Source: Eledone cirrhosa
Lineage: Eukaryota
Assembly: GCA_964016885.1 (NCBI GenBank)
Contig: CAXHJY010001386.1
Location: forward strand, 1 to 64,000
DNA: 64,000 nt
Direction: 5' to 3'
Shown: in pieces, positions 54,353 to 64,000 of the stretch
Layout: each line of letters starts with the position of its first letter
Position numbering within the stretch: the stretch's first letter is position 1
Position numbers and translations under genes: made by a program
Notes under the pieces: generated by a model
Told to the model about the DNA's origin: nothing
Databases searched by the model: none
What the model saw: the letters and a program-made list of their open reading frames with translations, nothing else

Positions 54353-55374
54353 TCTATATATATAAAACTGTGGTTGTCTGTCTGTCTATCGATTTTTGGC
54401 ACACATCTCCTCTTAGAATCTCTCACGGAATTGCACCGAAATTGCTATACTTGTACATTGAGCCCTAGCGAAGACATCGGAAAAAAAATATTTCAAATTG
54501 ACCCACCCTATGTGACGAAATCGAATATAATGTATCGATTTTTGAGCGTAAGTTATCAGTTATTTCCCTTTGTTCTGTTTACATTGAGCGTCTTACGTAA
54601 AAAATTACGCTGGCTTTCTCAGTCTTTGTTAATAAATAACCAGTGCAGTTTTTATCCCCAGCATCCTCTTTTGTTATAACATTCGGGTTATCGTTATGTT
54701 TTCTTAACTTCATAAGGCATATTGTTGGTTGAGGGAATATTAATCAAAAACACCACATGCAAGTCTGCACAGTAGACACTACAGTTTTTAAGCCAAAAAA
54801 GAAACTTAACATTGTAACTTTAACACAGCTACTGAGCGACCCTGTTTTGCTTCATTTCCATTTAAAAGCATTTTAAAACAATATTTTTACTTGAAAACAA
54901 GTCTATTTAAAGACTACGTAAAACAAGCAAATATTTCGTCGTTAGGCGTGCAGACAGACAGTCGTGCAGAGAGGTGATATACGCGTGCAGACAGACAGTC
55001 GTGCAGAGAGGTGATATAGGCGTGCAGACACAGTCGTGCAGAGAGGTGATATAGGCGTGAAGACAGACATAACTGATAATTTGGTTACGCTAATGTTTTT
55101 CTCTACGTTGCAGTGTTTACATTTTCGATCTTTGTTAATAAATAACCAGTGCAGTTTCTATCCCCAGCATCCTCTTTTGTTATAACATTCGGGTTATCGT
55201 TATGTTTTCTTAACTTCATAAGGCATATTGTTGGTTGAGGGAATATTAATCAAAAACACCACATGCAAGTCTGCACAGTAGACACTACAGTTTTTAAGCC
55301 AAGAAAGAAACTTAACATTGTAACTTTAACACAGCTACTGAGCGACCCCGAGCAACGCCGGGCTTTACTGCTAG
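54353..55374 (+). mobile_element. Non-autonomous Helitron, copy 2
   Basis: Same 5' ~240 bp and same 3' hairpin + CTAG|T as copy 1; internal ~220-bp duplication. Confidence 0.85.
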
Positions 55375-55768
55375 TATACTATATTATATTTTGAGAATAA
55401 ACTCTGTCGTTTACAATAAATCAGCTCCAAGAAAGGGGCATTTCCGAGCAGTTAAATACATTAAAATACATTGAAATTTAGATTTGTCCAGGAATCACGG
55501 CCTTTGCCAATATAAGCTTGTCTTTATTGACTTATATCGAGACAGACAAATTGTATTCACTTTTTATTTCATTAATAGCTAACTTTGTCTGTTACAATGC
55601 AAACACGTTTTGTGTTTATCATATATATATATATATATAAATATATATATAAATATATATATAAATATATATAAATATATATATAAATATATATATAAAT
55701 ATATATATAAATATATATATAAATATATATATAAATATATATAAATATATATAAATATATATATATAA

Positions 55769-55801
<33 letters not shown>

Positions 55802-55932
55802 AATATGTAGGAGGTGAGTTTTATTGTAGTACAATAAAGCAATGCAGATATCGGATAAGAAGCACTCTACAGTTTGTAGGACTGGAGTATACATAATATA
55901 TAAGATCAAAAGATGGTTAAAAGAGTCCCATG

Positions 55933-56001
55933 TATTTTATTATGCGCATTTCAAAAAGAAATATCATCATGCAATAATATTTGTTTTCATCAGATAAAAT
56001 A
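55933..56001 (-). ncRNA. Type I hammerhead ribozyme motif with palindromic stem III
   Basis: Minus strand: tattttat-CTGATGA-aaacaaatat..atatttcttttt-GAAA-tgcgca-TA-ataaaata; perfect 8-bp stem I, long stem II, ATGCGCAT palindrome, AUA triplet. Confidence 0.8.
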
Positions 56002-56089
56002 GGAAGACATGATATGAAGGTTAAAAAACACTTGTGAATAGTGCAGTTTTAAATCTTATATATATAAATATATATATATATATATAAAT

Positions 56090-56146
<57 letters not shown>

Positions 56147-56147
56147 A

Positions 56148-56180
<33 letters not shown>

Positions 56181-56190
56181 AATATAGATA

Positions 56191-56536
56191 TCATCATCAT
56201 TTCATCATTTCATTTTACGTCCGCTTTTTCCCTGCTTGCAAGGGTGGGACGGGAACTGATGCTGGCTTGATTTCTACAGCTGGATGCCCTTCCTAACACC
56301 AACCTCATTTACAGTGAGTGCTGGGTGCTTTTTTGCCGTGGCACCTCCACGACCACTTTGCAGTGGAATGATAGGGACCTCAGTCCCTATCATCTCATTT
56401 CTACAGCTGAGTAAACTGGAGCAATGTGAAATAAAGTGTCTTGCTCAAGGAAACAACACATCACCCGGTCTGAGAATTGAACTCACAATCTTTCGATTGC
56501 AAGGCCAATGCTCTAACCACTAAGCCATGTGCCTCC
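56191..56536 (-). mobile_element. tRNA-CORE-RTE SINE copy
   Basis: Reverse-complement homologue of 23026-23370. Confidence 0.9.
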
Positions 56537-56613
<77 letters not shown>

Positions 56614-56730
56614 GATATATAAATATATAGATATATAAATATATATATAGATATATATAGATATATAAATATATATATAGATATATAAATATATATATCG
56701 ATATATAAATATATGAATATATATATATAT

Positions 56731-58652
56731 TTAATACAATAACAGAGATAGCTTAACGCTAAACTCCGACTGGCAACCATCTCACTCAACAAACATTAGG
56801 TTATATGTTAGTATAACCCAATTTAAGTGTTTGGGGTGCTAACTATTTTGTGGAAAGCCAGTTGTATTATTTTATGAGATATAATTAAAGTTAAAATACA
56901 TCTCTCTTTCCAAACAATTGTTTCATTATAAGTTTTCTACAAATTGGGAGAATGTTTCCAGTTTATGTAGAAGCCTAACATATATTCATGTAAGAATATA
57001 TTTAGGTGGGCACTTATAAATCTTCAGTGGAAGCGCATTAAACTTTGATATAAGAAAAAATTTCTTACCGCAGTTAAAAATCGTGTCTGCTAAGCTGCTC
57101 CCTCACGCATCGAATGACCGCCAAATTTGAAATTCCAGCAGTTTTTTGACTGAGGAAGTTTCATAGCGTCACGAAGCGGGAAGGGGAGACAATCACAATA
57201 CACGAGAATAGAAAAAAATAATATACACTCGGGTTAATTAGTTTTTTCAAAAACATTATCAATCCAATGTGTTAAGAACTCAATTGAAATTAAAAAAATA
57301 AATGTATTCGTGTATTAATTACACACACATATAGATATTTTCTTAGGCTAAAAACAGAAGTGATACCAAAATAAGAGACCGCATTCCATCACCGCAGCAA
57401 ATACGGAAGGTTATGCTTTAAAGGCAATTGGGAATGTAAATCTCTGGCCAAATTAAGAGTAAAATATTTAATACACGCGGGTTAATTAGTTATTTAAAAC
57501 CATTATCAATTCCACGTGTTGAGAACTCAATTAATTTAAAAAAATAAATGTATGCATGTAAATATTTACACACGCATATATATATTTTCTTAGGCTAAAA
57601 ACAGAGAAGTGACAACCAAAAAACCTCACCATCTCACAACAGTAACAAATACAGAAAGTCATGTTTATAAGGTACCTGGAAATAAGTACCTCTGGCCAAA
57701 TCAAGAGTAACATATTTAATACAATAACAGAGATAGCTTAACGCTAAACTCTGACTGGTAACCATCTTACTCAACAAACATTAGGTTATATGTTAGTATA
57801 ACCCAATTTAAGTGTTTGGGGTGCTAACTATATGTATTTTGTGGAAAGCCAGTTGTATTATTTTATGAGATATAATTAAAGTTAAAATATATCTCTCTTT
57901 CCAAACAACTGTTTCATTATAAGTTTTCTACAAATTGGGAGAATGTTTCCAGTTTATGTAGAAGCCTAACATATATTCATGTAAGAATATATTTAGGTGG
58001 GCACTTATAAATCTTCAGTGGAAGCCCATTAAACTTTGATATAAGAAAAAATTCTTACCGCAGTTAAAAATCGTGTCTGCTAAGCTGCTCCTTCACGCAT
58101 CGAATGACCGCCAAATTTGAAATTCCAGCAGTCTTTTGACTGAGGAAGTTTCATAGCATCACGAAGCGGGAAAGGGAGACAACCAAGATACACGTGAAAA
58201 GAAAAAAATTAATATACACTCGGGTTAATTAGTTTTTTCAAAAACATTATCAATCCAATGTGTTAAGAACTCAATTGAAATTTAAAAAATAAATGTATGC
58301 GTGTATTAATTACACACGCATATAGATATTTTTTTAGGCTAAAAACAGAGGTGATACCAAAATAATAAACCGCATCACATCACCGCAGCAAATACCGAAG
58401 GTTATGTTTTAAAAGCGATTGGGAATGTAAATCTCTGGCCAAATTAAGAGTAAAATATTTAATACATGCGGGTTAATTAGTTATTTAAAACTATTATCAA
58501 TTCCACATGTTAAGAACTCAATTAATTTAAAAAAATAAATGTATGCATGTAATTATTTACACACGCATATATATATATTTTCTTAGGCTAAAAAACAGAA
58601 GTGACAACCAAAAAACCTCACCATCTCACAACAGTAACAAATACAGAAAGTC
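56731..58652. repeat. Tandem duplication, ~985-bp unit, with ~250-bp internal subrepeats
   Basis: TTAATACAATAACAGAGATAGCTTAACGC starts at 56731 and again at 57716; GGGTTAATTAGTT..AAGAACTCAATT occurs four times. Confidence 0.9.
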
Positions 58653-58685
58653 ATATATATATTTATATATATATATGTATATTTG

Positions 58686-58718
<33 letters not shown>

Positions 58719-59094
58719 AGTAATTTTTTTCAATGTCTTGGAATTTAGTCCACGCTTGCTTTTTTCCATCCACTGAATTAGCTTTGTATAAGTTCCCTAT
58801 GTCCACGCATCGCCAGGTATCTTAGCTGAGAACAGACTACCTGATGACGAAACGGCTTCTCCATGCTTTCCATTTGGAAACCATGTTTATTCCCTTTCAG
58901 AAACTAAATAATTGGAGTGAAATATTAATAAGTAAGTTAATAATTAAAATTTTCTTACATTACGTCATTCATATAATTGTTCTGCATCCCCTTGCATTGA
59001 ACCACAAAGTTACTAAGACAAAACCTATATATTTGCTAGCTTATGTATGCATCTGTATATATATGTTGGTAGATATACTAATTCTTTATATATT

Positions 59095-59126
<32 letters not shown>

Positions 59127-59140
59127 CATTTATATATATA

Positions 59141-60098
59141 TCAAAAAATCATGTTCATAATTGTTTGTCTTTCTACAATTATAAATAATATTCCTGCAAC
59201 CATTTTGGACGAAAAAAGAAATTATGCCAGGTTAAATTAGGGATTGCCCTATCTCTCTCTTGGCCTGCTGAAATCGCCTCACACCCCCTCACTCTCTCTA
59301 TCATATACGCTGCTCTCACACTCCCCCTCACTCCTTGCCAACCAAATATAAATAAGCCATGCTACAGGGGACTAAACCCAGAATTTGTCTCCTATTATTG
59401 ATGGTCGCTTGTTCAGTTTTCTTCTACGAAATGTAACGTACATATCCATTTCTTCTCAACTCTCCACATTCGGTTCATTCATCTATATATCTTACAATCC
59501 CCCAGAATAAAAAAAAAATCGTATTCAAAATTGGCTTTCTATAATTCTGTTCTGTCTCACCGTTGTTCTAAAAATAATTCTGCTCCTCGCATCTATATAT
59601 CTTACAATCCCCCAGAATCAAAAATCATGTTCATAATTGTTTGTCTTTCTACAATTATAAATAATATTCCTGCAACCATTTTGGACGAAAAAAGAAATTA
59701 TGCCAGGTTAAATTAGGGATTGCCCTCTCTCTCTTGGCCTGCTGAAATCGCCTCTCACCCCCACACTCTCTCTATCATATACGCTGCTCTCACACTCCCC
59801 CTCACTCCTTGCCAACCAAATATAAATTAGCCATGCTACAGGGGACTAAACCCAGAATTTGTCTCCTATTATTGATGGTCGCTTGTTCAGTTTTCTTCTA
59901 CGAAATGTAACGTACATATCCATTTCTTCTCAACTCTCCACATTCGGTTCATTCATCTATATATCTTACAATCCCCCAGAATCAAAAATCGTATTCAAAA
60001 TTGGCTTTCTATAATTCTGTTCTGTCTCACCGTTGTTCTAAAAATAATTTTCTATAATTCTGTTCTGTCTCACCGTTGTTCTAAAAATAATTCTGCTC
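59141..60098. repeat. Tandem duplication, ~475-bp unit, directly upstream of the family C element
   Basis: AAAAATCATGTTCATAATTGTTTGTC at ~59144 and ~59620; extra short terminal repeat at ~60050-60095. Confidence 0.88.
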
Positions 60099-63000
60099 AA
60101 CGCAAACTACCCCATACCCCTCCCTCCCGCCCCCACTCTCCACCTTATTATTTGGACCAATCACAAGTAAACGACCTATGCTAGCACTTCTGGTTGCTTT
60201 TTCGATATGATGGATGAACTAGGGAATTTCTGGAGAGTCAGAAGAATCTGGACACCCGAAGACAATGCAAAAGATAACGACAAATTCACCTCATGCTGCC
60301 GGACGAAAGGGCAAAGCCCCACCCTCTTTGTTGCGGCCGTGGATGGCCAACATAACCCCAACCCCATCAACCACACCCCTCCCTGCACCCTACCCACCAA
60401 ACGCAATCCAAAACTTCAGAATTGGTACCATGAATGTAGGGACCTTAAAAGGCCGCTCAAACGAGGTTGTAGAAATGCTTGAACGTAAGGAGGTTGATGT
60501 CTGCTGCATCCAAGAGACCAGGTGGAGGGGCGGGTCTGCTAGATTCATTGTGGGTAAAAAACGATGCTATAAGCTTTTCTGGGTGGGAAATGACAATGGG
60601 CTGGGTGGGGTAGGAATCATGTTAGCAGAAAAATAAGACTTGTTCTAAATAGAACTACTGTGACGATAATATCTGCGTACGCGCCCCAATCCGGACTGCC
60701 TGGCGCTATAAAAGACACTTTCTATGAGACACTGATGCTCACTACCTCCCAAATAACCGACAGTGACTATATAATTATTGCTGGCGACCTAAATGGTCAC
60801 GTTGGACAACATTGTGACGGCTATGATGAAATCCATGGAGGCTATGGGTTTGGTACTAGAAATGAGGAAGGCTCCAGAATCCTGGAATTCTGTGACGCAA
60901 ATAACCTAACAATCTGTAACACTAACTTCAAAAAACGAGACAATCACTTGATCACCTACAGATCAGGGGAACATACCAGCCAGGTAGATTATATCCTTAC
61001 CAGAAGACGTGACAGAGTGACGGTTGTAAACACTAAATCCCTCCCCCATGAAGAATGCACCTCCCAACATAGACAGATAATTAGCGACCTCATAGTCAGG
61101 ACAAGACGTACTCGACAGCAGAAGAGGACTATCCTCAAGAGAAAAATATGGAAGCTAAAGGACCCCACAACCAGAAATAAATTTCAAAGCATATTACTTG
61201 ATGCTTTCGACAGTAAGGAAGAGCATTTAGAGTCGGACAATATAGAGGGACAGTGGGAATTCCTGAAAGCAAACCTGCTGATGGCGACAGACGAAGTCTG
61301 TGGCCGGAGCAGGCCTGTAGGCAGGAGGAGAGTAACATGGTGGTGGAACAGTAAGGTGGAGGAGTCGATTAAGGCCAAAAAGCAGGCTTGGAAAATATGG
61401 CGGGATGGGGGAAGTAGAGAAGACTATCAAGTGACCAGGAGGGAAGCTAGGAGACAAGTGTACTTTGCAAGAAGGGAAGCAGAGGAAAGAAAGTTCAAGC
61501 ATGTTCTACAACGCGAGGACCAAAAACGTGAGGTGTTCAGGATTGCTAGGCAATATGTCAAGGAAAACCGTGATATTATTGGGGAGAAGTGTGTACTAAA
61601 TGATGATGGCGTACTCGCCATCACTGACGCTGATAAGAAGGTCGCTTGGAAGTGTCACTACGAGAGGCTACTAAATGAGAATAAATGGGAGAAGGATAGT
61701 CTCCCCCAGATCGATCCAATAGAGGGACCAGCAGTGTTAGTTGAAGGTAGTATAATAAGTAAGGCAATCAAAGATATGAAGACGGGTAAGGCGACTGGGC
61801 CTTCGGAAATAGTTGCTGAGATGCTGAAGGCCTCTGGAACGGTGGGACACACCATGGTCACCCGGATAGTCAACCAAGTCATACAGAATGGGGTTGTTCC
61901 GAAGGACTGGCGTAGCAGCATCATCATTAACTGTTACAAGGGTAAAGGAGACGCCCTAGATAGGAGTAACTATAGAGGGATTAAATTAATCGACCAGGTC
62001 ATGAAGGTCACGGAAAAAGTAATAGTGCAACTAATCAGAGAGAGAATCGATCTAGATGAAATGCAGTTCGGGTTTGTGTCAGGCAAAAGTACCACAGACG
62101 CTCTTTTCATTGTACGACAACTACAGGAGAAGTACCTAGCTAAAAGTAAACCCCTATACTTAGCCTTTGTCGACTTGGAGAAAGCCTTCGACAGAGTCCC
62201 CCGTTCCATTATCTGGTGGGCTCTTAGAAAACTAGGTGTTGACAAATGGCTTGTGAGAGCTATACAAGCCATGTATAAAGAAACAGTGAGCAAGGTTAGA
62301 ATTAACAACGAATATAGTGAAGAGTTTAGTGTAAAAGTTGGTGTCCATCAGGGCTCTGTTCTTAGCCCCCTACTATTCATTATTGCTCTTCAGGCTATAA
62401 CAGAGGAGTTCAAGACCGGCTGCCCATGGGAACTCCTATACGCAGATGATCTAACGCTCATAGCTGAATCAATGACCGAACTAGAGAAGAAATTCCAAAC
62501 ATGGAAGCACGGCCTAGAATCAAAAGGCCTTAAAATTAACATGGCTAAGACTAAAGTTCTAGTTTGTAGGAAAGAAAATAAGGCGCCGGTCCCTTCCGGG
62601 AAATGGCCATGCTCAGTGTGTAGGAAAGGGGTAGGTAGAAACTCCATTTTATGTCCCAAATGCAAAGTATGGGTGCATAAAAGATGTAGTGGGATCACAG
62701 GTAAGCTAACTAAGAACACAGATTTTACATGTGGCCGGTGCTCTGGTGCAATAAGTAGCAGCAAGTGTCCACAAAATACTAGCTCTTTCAACTGCGCAGA
62801 GGGTTCTATAGAAATAGTGGACAGCTTCCGTTACCTGGGTGACAAAATCAGCAGTGGGGGAGGGTGCTCCGAAAGTACAGTAGCTAGAGTCAGAACTGGA
62901 TGGAAAAAGTTCAGAGAGCTTATACCACTATTAGCCGCTAAAGGGTTCTCCCTAAAAGTGAAAGGCAGGTTGTATGATGCCTGCATACGAACAGCAATGT

Positions 63001-63892
63001 TACATGGCAGTGAGACCTGGGCATTGTGTGCAGAGGATATACGCAGACTAGAAAGGAACGAAGCTTGCATGCTCCGCTGGATGTGTAATAGTAATATACG
63101 CGAACGGCAAAGCATAAACGAACTAAGGAAAAAATTAGAAATAAGAGGGATCAGATGTTGTTTACTCGAGAGAAGGCTACGTTGGTATGGTCACGTGATG
63201 CGCATGAAAGACGACAGCTGTATAACAAAGTGCAGGGCAATAAAGATAGACGGTAGCCACGGAGTAGGCAGACCCAGAAAAACCTGGGACGAGCTGATAA
63301 ATTCCGACCTCACACACTTACATCTCTCCAAGACAATGTCACTGGACCGAGAGCTTTGGCGGTACTCAGTAATAGAGAAGACCCGCGTTACCTAAATACA
63401 AAGTAAAACCTACTACAGTCAGTAGGCATCTCTAACAAAATACACCCCCGTCCCACCACCCCCACCCCATCCACACCGCCCCTTTCAATGTAAAGTTATG
63501 TTGGTGCCACAAAATCCAGGCCGAAACAAATGAGATCGTGTAGGTGTCATGACAAAAAAAAACACAGTCCACGCTGTAATGTGACCGTGTAGGCAACACG
63601 GTAAAAACGTCCCAGTCCCACACTGTAAATGTGGTTGGTGTTAGGAAGGGCATCCAGCTGTAGAAAACCTGCCAGACAGTCCACGCTGTAATGTGGCCGT
63701 GTAGGCAACACGGTAAAAACCTCCCAGCCCCACACTGTAAATGTGGTTGGTGTTAGGAAGGGCATCCAACTGTAGAAAACCCGTCAGACAGTCCTATGCG
63801 AGCAAGACAACCACTCTTGCCTCAAGTGGGAAAACTCCCGTCCAAACCCATGCAAGCATGGAACACGGACGTTAAACGATGATGATGATGAT
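60099..63892 (+). mobile_element. Near full-length RTE family C, broken by a ~50-bp deletion in the endonuclease
   Basis: ORF 60265-60636 (GTMNVGTL, CIQETRW, GVGI) plus ORF 60660-63395 (911 aa); the WVDKV..RIIKL segment is missing relative to family B; duplicated UTR module; (GAT)n tail. The 5' boundary is uncertain. Confidence 0.93.
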
Positions 63893-63959
63893 ATATATTC
63901 ATTTATATATATATATATTTATATATATATATATTTATATATATATTTATATATATTTA

Positions 63960-63992
<33 letters not shown>

Positions 63993-64000
63993 TTATAGAT

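Noticed and set aside
58836-58865. CTGATGA-C-GAAAC hammerhead-like core
   Set aside because: No stem II and no pairing for stems I or III.

Overview
Eukaryotic, repeat-dense animal genomic DNA, probably a coleoid cephalopod such as Octopus (inferred from the style of the SINE/LINE families and the kilobase (TA)n-derived tracts). The only host coding sequence I can support is one 95-nt exon of CaMKII (46362-46456, +), so the rest is most likely intronic sequence of a very large CaMKII gene. The window holds: three families of RTE-clade LINEs (one copy with an intact 1041-aa ORF); two CR1-group LINE fragments; a chimeric tRNA-CORE SINE built from pieces of two of the RTE families; a bipartite RTE derivative; Helitron pieces; and Penelope-like remnants. 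Main observations: (1) a C4HC3 PHD-type finger inside the reverse transcriptase of all three RTE families; (2) several type I hammerhead ribozyme motifs in short TA-bounded modules, two of them sense to the CaMKII pre-mRNA; (3) a tandemly repeated double-hairpin RNA module in the RTE 3' UTRs, shared with the SINE; (4) insertions flanked on both sides by the same local microsatellite variant; (5) near-identical inverted LINE copies bracketing the exon. All identities and folds were judged by eye, and element boundaries are approximate.
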